DNA of 64,000 nt from the NCBI GenBank assembly GCA_017447445.1, contig JAFSNK010000021.1:122514-186513 (forward strand), written 5' to 3'. Below the pieces are notes generated by a model that was given only the letters and a program-made list of their open reading frames with translations, was not told the origin of the DNA and ran no database searches. The DNA comes from Clostridia bacterium (GTDB lineage: Bacteria > Bacillota > Clostridia > Oscillospirales > CAG-382). A program made the position numbers and the translations under genes. Shown here piece by piece: positions 9,599 through 19,393 of this stretch (its first letter is position 1; each line of letters starts with the position of its first letter).

Positions 9599-11896
9599 AT
9601 GAACGCAAAAAATAAAAACGGCGGCGCCCTCGAACGGTTTACGACGGCTCTCGCTTCCTACATAATAAAATACAGATTTATCATTTTTGCGCTGTTCGCC
9701 GCGGCGGCGGTATACTGCGCGCTTTCGGCGGGCAAAGTCCGCGTCAACAACGAGCTCACCGCCTTCCTCCCGCCCGAATCGGAAACGCGGCGCGGGATAT
9801 CCGTTATGAGCGACGAATTCATAACGTACGCCTCCGCAAGCGTGATGCTCGAAGACGTCACCGCGGATGAGGCAAAAAGCGCGGCGGACGGCATCGCCTC
9901 GCTTGCACACGTGGCGGAAGCGGATTTCGACGAAACTCCGGCGCATTACCGCGGCGGTTCCGCGCTTATAAACGTATCGTTCGACTGCGCTGAAACGAAC
10001 GCCGCCGTTTCCGAAACGATGGACGAGATCAAACAGATCGTCGGAAAATACAAGTATTACACTTCTTCTTCGTTTCTGCATAACTACGGAAAACAGCTTG
10101 CCGACGAAATGATAGTCGTAATGCTCATCGCCGTGATCGTTATCCTGGCAGTACTGCTGTTCACTTCCAGAAGCTATTTCGAAGTTATCATTTTCGGGAT
10201 AGCGTTCGTATTCGCCGCGTTGCTCAACCTCGGGACGAATTACTGGCTGGGCGAGATCTCGACGATAACGAATACCGTTGCGGTCATACTCCAGCTTGCG
10301 CTTGCGATAGATTACGCTATAATATTCGCGCACAGATATCAGGACGAGCTGCTTAAAGGCGGCGGCGAACGCGAAGCGCTCACAAGTTCCCTTGCAAAAT
10401 CGATGGTCGAAATTTCTTCCTCGTCTCTTACCACGATATCCGGTCTCGCCGCGCTCACGCTTATGCAGTTCCGGCTAGGATACGACCTCGGCACCGTGCT
10501 TGCGAAAGGCATAGTTTGCAGTATGCTCACGGTGTTCCTTCTTATGCCCGGACTTATATCGCTGTTCCCGCGGATACTCAAAAAGACCGCGCACCGCAAG
10601 CTATTGCCGAATATCGAAAAATGGGGCGGGATCTTAATGAACTCAAAATACGCGTTCGTTATTCTCTTCGCGCTGCTGCTCCCGTTCGCGGTTTATTTCT
10701 CTCAGAACGCGGTATACGCGTTTTCCGACCAGTCCGTAAGCGAGATAGTCACATCCGAGCGCCGCACCGCTTTACATAAGATAAACGATACTTTCTCGCC
10801 AAACACCTCGATAGCCGTTATAGTGCCGAAGGGCGATTATAAAAAAGAAAAAAACGTGCTCGATTCGGTCTCGTCGCTTGAAGGCGTAAAAAGCGCGCTC
10901 GGCATAGCAAGCATAGAATACGCTCCCGGAAAACCGATAACGGAAGAATACGGCAGCGCCGAGTTCGGCGGAATGCTCGGAATATCCGAGGAATACTCTT
11001 CCCTGCTTTTCGCCTCGTATGCGACGAGCAAGGGCGACTATTCGTCCTTCGCTTCACCGGACTACAAAGTGCCGCTTGTCGATATGGCTTCTTATCTTTT
11101 CGGAATAATCGACGAAGGGCTTGTGAATCTTACGCCCGAGCAGCGCGCGGTCCTTGCGGAAGTCCGCCCGCAGCTTCAGCGCGCGACCGACCAGCTTTGC
11201 GGTACCGCCCACGACAGACTGATAGTGTCCTCTTCCTACGCGGTGGAAAGCGCAGAAGCGTCCGCGCTGGTGGAAAGCATACGCGCCGCCGCGGCAAAAG
11301 AGTATCCCGCCGAGGAGATAATAATTGCCGGCGACGTTACGAGCGCCCGCGACCTGCGCAATTCCTATAAGAGCGATTCGGTGCTGATACGCATACTCAC
11401 TATCGCTTTCGTGTTTATAATACTGATGTTCACGTTCCGCAGCTTTGCCGGAGCGGCGATACTTGTATTCGTGATTCAAGGCAGTATCTGGATAAACTTT
11501 TCATTTACTTACCTGTTCGGTTCGCGTCCCTCGTTCGTTACCGATATGATAGTCTCCGCCATACAGATGGGCGCGACCATAGACTACGCGATAGTGCTTT
11601 TCAGCCGCTACAAGGCGCTTCGCGAAAAATACGAAAAGAAGCGTGCAATGTCGCTTGCCGTGAACGAAAGTTTCCCCACGGTCATCACGTCCGGCGCTAT
11701 AATGGCCGCCGCGGGACTGCTTATAGCGTTCCGTATAAGCGACGTATACGTCGGTCATATAGGGCTCGCCGTCGGGCGCGGCGCGATAATTTCCGTTATA
11801 CTTGTGCTGACCGTTCTTCCTCAATTGCTCGTACTGCTGGATAAAGCGATAGAAAAAACCACTATCCGGTTCAAACGCCGCGAAAAAACAGAATAG
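9599..11896 (+). CDS. MMPL/RND family transporter
   Basis: Two TM bundles with LAIDYAII and GATIDYAIV motifs; start 9599 with GAGG RBS. Confidence 0.88.
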   Translation: MNAKNKNGGALERFTTALASYIIKYRFIIFALFAAAAVYCALSAGKVRVNNELTAFLPPESETRRGISVMSDEFITYASASVMLEDVTADEAKSAADGIASLAHVAEADFDETPAHYRGGSALINVSFDCAETNAAVSETMDEIKQIVGKYKYYTSSSFLHNYGKQLADEMIVVMLIAVIVILAVLLFTSRSYFEVIIFGIAFVFAALLNLGTNYWLGEISTITNTVAVILQLALAIDYAIIFAHRYQDELLKGGGEREALTSSLAKSMVEISSSSLTTISGLAALTLMQFRLGYDLGTVLAKGIVCSMLTVFLLMPGLISLFPRILKKTAHRKLLPNIEKWGGILMNSKYAFVILFALLLPFAVYFSQNAVYAFSDQSVSEIVTSERRTALHKINDTFSPNTSIAVIVPKGDYKKEKNVLDSVSSLEGVKSALGIASIEYAPGKPITEEYGSAEFGGMLGISEEYSSLLFASYATSKGDYSSFASPDYKVPLVDMASYLFGIIDEGLVNLTPEQRAVLAEVRPQLQRATDQLCGTAHDRLIVSSSYAVESAEASALVESIRAAAAKEYPAEEIIIAGDVTSARDLRNSYKSDSVLIRILTIAFVFIILMFTFRSFAGAAILVFVIQGSIWINFSFTYLFGSRPSFVTDMIVSAIQMGATIDYAIVLFSRYKALREKYEKKRAMSLAVNESFPTVITSGAIMAAAGLLIAFRISDVYVGHIGLAVGRGAIISVILVLTVLPQLLVLLDKAIEKTTIRFKRREKTE

Positions 11897-11916
11897 CCGG
11901 AAACCGGCCGCATATC

Positions 11917-11946
11917 AAAAACCCTCGACTTCGGTCGAGGGTTTTT
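11917..11946. terminator. Bidirectional intrinsic terminator
   Basis: AAAAACCCTCGAC-TTCG-GTCGAGGGTTTTT between convergent genes. Confidence 0.85.
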
Positions 11947-12042
11947 CTGTTTGACAGCATGTAAAACGATACGTCATTATTCCGATAGCTCATATTGCCA
12001 ACATCATAAAAAGAGCTTTACGCCACGAATCTGTTTACGTAT

Positions 12043-12825
12043 TTATCCGAGCGCCACGTCGAGCGCCATCATAACCGTGAATCCGAGCGCGAACATAACG
12101 ACTCCGGTATTTGAATGCTCGCCCGCCGACATTTCGGGGATCAGTTCCTCCACGACGACGTAGATCATCGCGCCCGCAGCGAACGAGAGCAGATAAGGCA
12201 TCGCGGGAACGAACAGCCCGGCGAACAATACCGTTAAAAGCGCGCCTATCGGCTCGACGGCGCCGGACAGCGCTCCGCCGAGGAACGCCTTGCCTTTCGT
12301 CTTTCCCTCCGCGTGAAGCGGCATGGAAATGATCGCGCCCTCCGGGAAGTTCTGTATCGCGATACCGATGGAAAGCGCCAGCGCGCCGCCCGCCGTGATC
12401 TCGGCGGAGCCGGAGAGGAGCCCTGCGAATACGACGCCGACCGCCATCCCCTCGGGAACGTTGTGCAGCGTGACCGCGAGCACCATCATAGTGGTCTTCT
12501 TCGCTTTGCTTTTTAATCCCTCCGCCTGTTCTGCGTTAATATGCAAATGCGGGATGATCTTATCGAGCAGGAGCAAAAACAGAATTCCGAGCCAGAAGCC
12601 GATGAAAGCGGGCAGAAACGCCCATCTGCCTTTGTCGGCGCACTGATTCATAGCCGGGATAAGAAGACTCCAGATCGACGCCGCGACCATCACCCCGCCC
12701 GCGAAACCGGTCAGCGCGCGCTGTACCGTGCGGCTCAATTGTTTTTTCATAAAGAACACGCACGCCGAGCCGAGCGCCGTTCCTATAAACGGGATCGCTA
12801 TCCCTTCAGCAACTTTCAGCCACAT
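12043..12825 (-). CDS. ZIP (ZupT/GufA) family metal transporter
   Basis: TLHNVPEGMAVG, IAIQNFPEG, FAAGAMIYVVVEELIPE; AGGAG RBS before MWLK. Confidence 0.92.
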   Translation of the reverse strand: MWLKVAEGIAIPFIGTALGSACVFFMKKQLSRTVQRALTGFAGGVMVAASIWSLLIPAMNQCADKGRWAFLPAFIGFWLGILFLLLLDKIIPHLHINAEQAEGLKSKAKKTTMMVLAVTLHNVPEGMAVGVVFAGLLSGSAEITAGGALALSIGIAIQNFPEGAIISMPLHAEGKTKGKAFLGGALSGAVEPIGALLTVLFAGLFVPAMPYLLSFAAGAMIYVVVEELIPEMSAGEHSNTGVVMFALGFTVMMALDVALG

Positions 12826-12913
12826 TGATGATCTCCTGTCAGCCGGCGCTGACTTGTGACGCAAATAATAAAGAGCAAAACTCTTGAATTCCGTCGTACG
12901 GTGAATAATTTCG

Positions 12914-12959
12914 GTTAGCCACCGCTAACAATTATATTGAAAAGTCCTTTGTTTGTCAA
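12914..12959 (-). promoter_or_regulatory. Consensus sigma-A promoter with palindromic operator over the start site
   Basis: TTGACA-17-TATAAT (12959-12931); GTTAGC-CACC-GCTAAC at 12914-12929. Confidence 0.75.
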
Positions 12960-13074
12960 TGGGTTTTGACTAAAAAGTCAATGATCCGTATTTTATACTG
13001 TTCAAATCCCGTATTTTGCCCCAAATGCGAAAAGAAACGCCTTTTATCGTGGTAGACAAAAGACGTTTCTATTA

Positions 13075-13150
13075 TGGCCCGCCCTAAGGGACTTGAACCC
13101 CCGACACCCGGAATCGGAATCCGGTGCTCTATCCGCTGAGCTAAGGGCGG
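13075..13150 (-). tRNA. tRNA-Arg(CCG)
   Basis: Cloverleaf; acceptor CCGCCCT/AGGGCGG, anticodon arm CCGGA-TTCCGAT-TCCGG, encoded CCA. Confidence 0.96.
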
Positions 13151-13312
13151 ATGTGCAAGGATTAATATATCACCAAATGATTAAAGTGTCAAGACATAAA
13201 TCAAATATTCGTAAACGGTTTTTGAAAATTTACTGATAACTGAATGAACCGAACGGTACGGAATAAAACGGCGGAGCACGAAAGCCCCGCCGTTCGGCGT
13301 TTATGTTGCAGG

Positions 13313-13984
13313 TCACAACTGATTCTGCGTTTCGGTATACGGCAGAAGCGCGACTTCAAGGTTTCCGTTTTTAGTCCGGAGCTCGTCGATAAACGCCTTT
13401 TCCTCCGCCGGATTCTTTAACTGCACTTTATAAGAAAGCCGGAACATACTGCCCATACCGGTCGTTTTAACGCCAGCGTTCTCGAACTTTTTAAGATAGT
13501 GGGCGAAGACGTCTTCGAAAGTGCCGTTGTATTCGAGCGATTCGGGTATCGTGATGCGCAGAAGCTGATCCGCCGCCATATTTTTATGCTCGAACAGAGG
13601 CACAAGACCGAGGACCGCGAAAAGCGCCGCGAGCGCGAGCAGGATCACTACGCCGTAGCCGATATATCCCATTCCGAACGCTATGCCGGAGCCCATCGCA
13701 ATGAGTATCGCGGCGATCTCTTCCGCGCTGCCCTGAGCCGAGCGGAAGCGTATGAGACTGAACGCGCCGCCGATAGCCACGCCGGCGCCGATATTGCCGT
13801 TGACGAACGTGATGACCGCCGCTACTACGAACGGGATCATTGCCGTTACGATGAAGAACCGTTTGGTCGAACGGATACGGAAACTCATTATCCAGGAATA
13901 CAGAAAACCTACCGCGAGCGCGACGCCCGCCATAATGAAGAACTGCGACGGCGTCACGGTGGAAGAATAAATGGAATCAAACAT
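13313..13984 (-). CDS. DUF4956 family membrane protein
   Basis: GNIGAGVAIGGAFSLIRFRS, LRITIPESL, IDELRTKNGNL; follows VTC gene. Confidence 0.85.
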   Translation of the reverse strand: MFDSIYSSTVTPSQFFIMAGVALAVGFLYSWIMSFRIRSTKRFFIVTAMIPFVVAAVITFVNGNIGAGVAIGGAFSLIRFRSAQGSAEEIAAILIAMGSGIAFGMGYIGYGVVILLALAALFAVLGLVPLFEHKNMAADQLLRITIPESLEYNGTFEDVFAHYLKKFENAGVKTTGMGSMFRLSYKVQLKNPAEEKAFIDELRTKNGNLEVALLPYTETQNQL

Positions 13985-13999
13985 AATCAATTCTCCTTC

Positions 14000-14698
14000 T
14001 TAAAAGTTTTGTGCCTTGAGAAGCTGTTTGCGGTACGCTTCTCCGTATTTTGAAAAACTGCCTTTGCGGATCCCGCCTTCGGAAAGGATGCCGCACAGCC
14101 ACAGCGGCATAGCGTCCTGGACCTTTATTTCAAGAACCGTCCATCCCTCGTCAAGGAGCGAAATGCCGTCCATCGATTTCGTAAGAGTAAGATCGTCGAG
14201 GCGGTAACGGGGATTTTCGTCTATGGTCAGGCGAAGGTCTCCGCACGGCTCGAAATACGCCGTCCGGTCGTAGATTATCATACAGGACGGAACCAGAGTT
14301 TTATAGTGATCGCGGAATACCGTTATCTCTTTGTTTATCTGTCCGGGAGCGCAGATATCGCCCTCCCCCGAAAAGAATTTGCCTACAAGCGGTATCGTCG
14401 TCTGCACGCGTCGCTTATATACGATACCGTACGCTTTGCGTTTCAGTTCGAGGAACACGGGGGATTCGTCCGTCGCGAGACCGTAGGAGCGCAGGCGTAT
14501 TTTCTCTTTGAACTCCGGTTTTTCCACGCTCGTGCGGATAAGCTGATAGGTCGGCGTATCGTAGTAAAGCGACGCGATCGAGGTCTTTCCGTACTGATCG
14601 ACCTCCATATGACCTTTCAGACGTTCGCGAAGGAAATCCGTTTGTTCGGCGGTGAGCAGGTACTTCAGCTCATACCGCTTCATTACCGTGATCGCCAT
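14000..14698 (-). CDS. VTC-domain (polyphosphate polymerase/CYTH-like) protein
   Basis: RYELKY, SLYYDT, KEKIRLRSYG, LRLTID, LEIK, FSKYG. Confidence 0.9.
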   Translation of the reverse strand: MAITVMKRYELKYLLTAEQTDFLRERLKGHMEVDQYGKTSIASLYYDTPTYQLIRTSVEKPEFKEKIRLRSYGLATDESPVFLELKRKAYGIVYKRRVQTTIPLVGKFFSGEGDICAPGQINKEITVFRDHYKTLVPSCMIIYDRTAYFEPCGDLRLTIDENPRYRLDDLTLTKSMDGISLLDEGWTVLEIKVQDAMPLWLCGILSEGGIRKGSFSKYGEAYRKQLLKAQNF

Positions 14699-14714
14699 AT
14701 TATCACCTCCGCCG

Positions 14715-15944
14715 TCATAAAGCTATGCGGATCGTGAATACCCCGCCGGAGACCGACGCGGACGCGCGTCCGTTGTGCGCTTTTACGGTCTGTTTTACGA
14801 ATGAGAGCCCGAGTCCCGCGCCGCCTTCCTTCGCGTTCTGCAGCGTCGTGAACCTGTCGAACGCCTGGTCCGCGGGGCCGTCCGGAAGGTCGGTATCGTT
14901 GCTTGCTTCGATTATGACAGATCCGTTTTCCCGGTTCAGCTTGAAGCACGCTTTCGTTAATGCGAATTTAAGCGCGTTTTCTATAAGCTCGTCCGTGAGT
15001 TTGCTCATCCCTTCCGGATCGGCAATGACCGTAACTTCCGGCGCTATTTCCGACGTCAGTTCGATGCCGCGGGATGAGAAGCTTATCGCCGCGCGGTCAA
15101 GAGCTTCGGCAAGCTGATCCGAAAGAGAGATTTCGGCGGCGCTCATCTTTTCTTTGTCGAATATCCCGACGGAACCGAGCTTATCGACAAGCTCGTTCAT
15201 TTTTGCGACCTGGCGATGCGTCGAGCGCGTCTGGTCGTCCGGTCCGTATCTGCGTTCCGTAAGTTCGGTGTTTCCGTCTATGATCGTAAGCGGGACACGG
15301 AATTCCTTGTTTGCGTTGGCGATAAAGTTCTTCTGTTTTCTGTCCGCTTCCTCAAGAGGCGCGTATATCTTTCTGCCGATGGCGAGAAGCACGAACCAGC
15401 CGATAACAAGCACCAGGACCTCGCCTATCGCGGATATTATCAGTATGCGGAAGGACGGAAGCAGCTCGCGCCCCTGGTCGATGACCGTTACGTAGGTCGT
15501 CCCGTGCTCCTTATAAACCCGATAGCGGTAGGTTCCCCTCGTCCATCCGGTCTTCTGCTTCATAAGCCCGTAAGCCCATTCTTTGGCTTCTTCCTCGGTT
15601 ACTGCGGAGATATGGAAAGCGACCGTTTCGGCTTTCTCGCCGTTTTCGGAGAAGGCGACGGTGAAATACCGCAGGGATTCGTTCATCTCGGGCGAGTCGG
15701 GTCCCATCGGTCCCATTCCGAAATCCTTGTTCCGCGGCTGATCCGGCTGGAACTGTATCCCGTCGGGCAGATTCTCCCTGTGCTCGAAAGAGCCCTGCTT
15801 ATCGGCGAGCTTCTGCGTCAAAACGTCCGCGTCGCTCGCCGCCATCGTGAAGTTCACTCCGTTAATGACCGCGAGGAGCAGCGTAAGCAGAACGAATATC
15901 ACGAGTATAGCGTACAGTCTGAATTTCTTTTCCGCTTTATTCAT
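14715..15944 (-). CDS. Histidine-kinase-like membrane protein lacking the phospho-His
   Basis: H-box reads NANKEFRVPL (K at the H position); N-box ENALKF and G2 GAGLGLS retained. Confidence 0.8.
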   Translation of the reverse strand: MNKAEKKFRLYAILVIFVLLTLLLAVINGVNFTMAASDADVLTQKLADKQGSFEHRENLPDGIQFQPDQPRNKDFGMGPMGPDSPEMNESLRYFTVAFSENGEKAETVAFHISAVTEEEAKEWAYGLMKQKTGWTRGTYRYRVYKEHGTTYVTVIDQGRELLPSFRILIISAIGEVLVLVIGWFVLLAIGRKIYAPLEEADRKQKNFIANANKEFRVPLTIIDGNTELTERRYGPDDQTRSTHRQVAKMNELVDKLGSVGIFDKEKMSAAEISLSDQLAEALDRAAISFSSRGIELTSEIAPEVTVIADPEGMSKLTDELIENALKFALTKACFKLNRENGSVIIEASNDTDLPDGPADQAFDRFTTLQNAKEGGAGLGLSFVKQTVKAHNGRASASVSGGVFTIRIAL

Positions 15945-16326
15945 CTTTTTTCACCGCTTCTTTCCTTTCTTTACCGATATTGCTTTCAAGCGTATGGCGC
16001 ACGGCGTCTTTTACGCTGTCAAACGTGAACGGATATGAGAGCATACCGTCCGGAACGGGCTCGTCCGCTTTGTTCCGCAAACCGGCGGGACCGTCGGTCA
16101 GTACGACTACCGGGACGTTTTTCGCGTTCGCGCGTTCGATTATCGTTTTATGGTCGACGCGCGGTAGATTCCGGTCGAGCAGCGCGATATCGAAGCTTTC
16201 TGTCGAAAGCAGCGTTATGACCTGCGTTCCGTCGAACGCGGTGACCGTTTCTCCGAGATCGGTCTCAAGCAGTTTTTTGTAGCACTCGAGCAGGTCTCTG
16301 TCCGGTGCGGCAAAAAGTATTTTCAT
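15937..16326 (-). CDS. Stand-alone atypical receiver-domain protein
   Basis: REC-like pattern (ILFA, AFDG, LLDRNLP, VPVVVLT) but AAPD for AEDE and LSYPF for LTKPF. Confidence 0.75.
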   Translation of the reverse strand: MKILFAAPDRDLLECYKKLLETDLGETVTAFDGTQVITLLSTESFDIALLDRNLPRVDHKTIIERANAKNVPVVVLTDGPAGLRNKADEPVPDGMLSYPFTFDSVKDAVRHTLESNIGKERKEAVKKDE

Positions 16327-16345
16327 GGTTCGTTCCTCGTTTCTT

Positions 16346-18001
16346 TCAAGCCGAAACGGTCACGTCGCTGTAGCAGGCGGTGCTTCCGTATGCGTTCGCG
16401 TTCGTGAAAGTGTAGGCGACGCCGTCGATATTGACGGTGTGGCTTCCTGCCGAATGCAGCGAGAGCGAATAGTTCTTTACGCCGCCGCTTGCGCTTATTC
16501 TGCCGTAGCCGAGCACTATCAGCGTACCGCCCGAGATGCTTATGGAGCCGTCCGCGTCTATCGCCGCCATATTCTGATTATTCGGGCCTCTGGTGATAAC
16601 CACGCCGCCGGTCTGATTGTAAGTGCCGTTACTGTCTATGCCGTCGGTGTCGCCGTTCGGAGATACCGTCACGTCGAGATATCCGCCCGTCACGTTGACC
16701 GAGGGAGTCGATACGCCTTTGCAGGCGTTCACTCCGTCGTCGTTCGCGGCTACAACGGTTTTGCCGCCGGAAACGTTTATCACGTTTGCTTCAAGCCCTT
16801 CGTACGCGCTGTCGACGGTTATGGTACCGCCGGAGATATTCAGGATGTTGTCCGCGTGGATCGCGTCCGCTCCGGAGACTGTCTGCTGTCCGCCCCATCC
16901 GCCGCGTCCGTCGGGGCCCTGCCTTCCGCCCGCGGTCTTGTTTTCGGGCGCGTAGACGCTCATATTGACGGTGCCGCCGGAAACGTTTATCGTGCCCTTC
17001 CCTTTCGTTCCGTCTTCGAACGACGCGCCGTAATCTGCGTGAAGTCCGTCATCGTAGGTGTGAAGCGTTATTGCGCCGTCTTTAATATTCAGCTCGTTCT
17101 GTACCTTAACGCCCTTATATGAGGTCGTCGATGCGTTTGAAGCGGTGTATCCGCTGTAAGATCCGGTATATACCGTAACTGTCGGAGCCGCGCCTTCTTC
17201 GCCCGCTGACAGCTCAAAGTTACGCGCCGCCTGGAAGCCGTCGCCCGCCGCGTAGACGGTTACCGTGCCTCCGGTAATAACGATATCGCCTCTTGTAACG
17301 CCGTTTTTGCTGACGTCGGTGTTTTCGGTCTTAACGCCGTCGCCGTTGGTCGAGATCGCAACGACCGTTCCGCTTGTGATCTTTACGGAATCGTTGCCTT
17401 TAAGCGCGTTGTTGTACGCGGTGACCTTCAAAGCGAGATTCTGTATCTTCAGATCGTCGGTCGTGTGGATACCGTTGTTGTACCCGGCGTTTACCACCAA
17501 AGTGCCGTTTCCTTTTATCTTAAGATCGCACTTCGCGCAGATCGCGCCCTCGCCCTGATCCGCGTCGTCCGTGGTCTTTGCGGAGCGAGTGTCGTTTATC
17601 ACGTTTTCCGTGCCTTTCTTTGCGGATATATCGACGCTGCCTGCGGAAACGATTTTTATCGGCGAATCGGCGCCGTAACTTACCGTCGCGCCGGATAACT
17701 CGATGACTACTTCGTCGTCCTCTCCCGCGTCGACCAGGATCTGTCCTTCAAGAAGCCCGGTCGCGGTGTAGGTTCCCGCCGAGGTGATCGTGTATACGTT
17801 TCCGGAATTCGAAAACGTTCCGTCCGCGGAAGTCATTTCAAAAGTTCCCGTCGCTTCCTGCGCAGAAATATCACTGTCCACCGCCGGCTCCGCAATTTCG
17901 TTTGCCGAGCTTGCCGTGCCGTCCGTAACGGCGCCGTTCCCGCACGCCGCAAGCCCCAGCGCAAAGATCATCGCAATGATCATGGCAAGTATCTTTTTCA
18001 T
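16346..18001 (-). CDS. Cthe_2159 (DUF4353) beta-helix carbohydrate-binding lipoprotein
   Basis: Lipobox LAAC; repeated ISGGTV..DG/DA motifs, DGIDSNG, YEGLEA. Confidence 0.85.
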   Translation of the reverse strand: MKKILAMIIAMIFALGLAACGNGAVTDGTASSANEIAEPAVDSDISAQEATGTFEMTSADGTFSNSGNVYTITSAGTYTATGLLEGQILVDAGEDDEVVIELSGATVSYGADSPIKIVSAGSVDISAKKGTENVINDTRSAKTTDDADQGEGAICAKCDLKIKGNGTLVVNAGYNNGIHTTDDLKIQNLALKVTAYNNALKGNDSVKITSGTVVAISTNGDGVKTENTDVSKNGVTRGDIVITGGTVTVYAAGDGFQAARNFELSAGEEGAAPTVTVYTGSYSGYTASNASTTSYKGVKVQNELNIKDGAITLHTYDDGLHADYGASFEDGTKGKGTINVSGGTVNMSVYAPENKTAGGRQGPDGRGGWGGQQTVSGADAIHADNILNISGGTITVDSAYEGLEANVINVSGGKTVVAANDDGVNACKGVSTPSVNVTGGYLDVTVSPNGDTDGIDSNGTYNQTGGVVITRGPNNQNMAAIDADGSISISGGTLIVLGYGRISASGGVKNYSLSLHSAGSHTVNIDGVAYTFTNANAYGSTACYSDVTVSA

Positions 18002-18068
18002 CTTTCCTTATCCCCTTTTCTTAGTTTTCAGTATAAAACAACAACCCTCATCCGTTTGCTGTGGCCTT

Positions 18069-18101
18069 ATCATAACGGATGAGGATTGAAGAAAGATTGA
18101 A
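18069..18101 (-). promoter_or_regulatory. -10 box with tandem 11-bp-period repeats (putative OmpR-type RR site)
   Basis: GATTGAA at 18084 and 18095 (+ strand); TATGAT on - strand at 18069-18074. Confidence 0.6.
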
Positions 18102-18121
18102 AGATTTTCAGTTTTTGAAAT

Positions 18122-19393
18122 TTATTTTTTGACCGGGAGCGATACCGTAAATATCGCCTTTCCGTCCCTGTATTCCGCGTTTATCCGCCCGCCGTGCGCT
18201 TCCGTCACGGCTTTGGCGATGGAAAGCCCGAGCCCGTAGTGCGCGTCCGCATCGTTACGCGCCTCGTCCGCGCGGTAGAAGCGTTCAAACAGATGCGGCA
18301 TCTGCTCCGCGCTCATCTCCGGCGCTCCGTTCGAAACGGCAAGCACCGCGTGATGCTTTTCTTTATGAAGCGAAAGCCCTATAACTTCGGTCGTTCCGTG
18401 TGACAAAGCGTTGTCGAGCAATATCGAAACAAGCTGGCGTAACTGATTCGGGTTCCCTTCGATCAACAGCCCGGGTTCGATATCCGTTTCGATGCTTTTT
18501 CCTTTTTCGTAAGCCAGCGTTTCAAACGGGAGCGCCTCGCCGTCCGCAAGCTTCGAAAAATCGACCGTTTCCTTGGGCATTTCGCCGTTTTCCGCTTTGG
18601 AAAGCGCCAAAAGCTGTTTTACCAGGTCGGACATACGCTCGTTTTCGTAGTCGATATTATCTAGCCATTCGCTTTGTCCGATCTCCCGTTTCAACAGTTC
18701 GCTGTTTGCGGAAATAACGGCTATCGGCGTTTTCAGTTCGTGCCCGGCGTCGGATACGAACCTTTTCTGCCGTTTGTCGTTCTCTTCGAGCGGACGGACT
18801 ATGCGGCGGGCTATGAAGATCGAAATGATCAATATCACGACCGTCGCGGCAGAACCGATGATAAGCATCTGGCGGAAAAGCAGCGATTGATTGTTATCGT
18901 TTATCGTTCCGTCTATCATCGCGACTAGCGTATAATCGCCGCGCTCCTCCACAAGATAAGTCATATTCCCGGATTTGCCGCTTTTCTTACCGTTTTTAAG
19001 TATTGCCGACGCTGTCTCCAGCAGAGCTTCCTCGCTTTGCAGACCGTTGCTGCCGTTGTTTACCGCAAGCACCTCGCCTTCGCTTGAATAAGCGACGGAA
19101 TAAAAGGTGGAAAGACGGAATTCGCGCTCGTCTTTTACGGGCCTGTCGCCGCGCGGTTCGTTTATTTCGCCCGGGCGGAATTCCGGCGCGTCGTCCGGGC
19201 GCTTTTCCCCGTCCGGAGGCGGCGTTTGTTCGTCAAGCGCGTACCTTTCGGCAAAGGTCCTTAGCATTTCCCTGCTGTCGCGGTCGAGCGCGGCGCGGTT
19301 GGAAATATAGATCGTCGTCAGCGTGACGACCATAAGCGCAAGCAGCGAAAACACTACCGTAAAAACAATATTTCTTCGTGTTTTATTGAACAT
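18122..19393 (-). CDS. Sensor histidine kinase
   Basis: DAGHELKTPI, LLDNA, FERFYR, GLGLSIA. Confidence 0.92.
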   Translation of the reverse strand: MFNKTRRNIVFTVVFSLLALMVVTLTTIYISNRAALDRDSREMLRTFAERYALDEQTPPPDGEKRPDDAPEFRPGEINEPRGDRPVKDEREFRLSTFYSVAYSSEGEVLAVNNGSNGLQSEEALLETASAILKNGKKSGKSGNMTYLVEERGDYTLVAMIDGTINDNNQSLLFRQMLIIGSAATVVILIISIFIARRIVRPLEENDKRQKRFVSDAGHELKTPIAVISANSELLKREIGQSEWLDNIDYENERMSDLVKQLLALSKAENGEMPKETVDFSKLADGEALPFETLAYEKGKSIETDIEPGLLIEGNPNQLRQLVSILLDNALSHGTTEVIGLSLHKEKHHAVLAVSNGAPEMSAEQMPHLFERFYRADEARNDADAHYGLGLSIAKAVTEAHGGRINAEYRDGKAIFTVSLPVKK

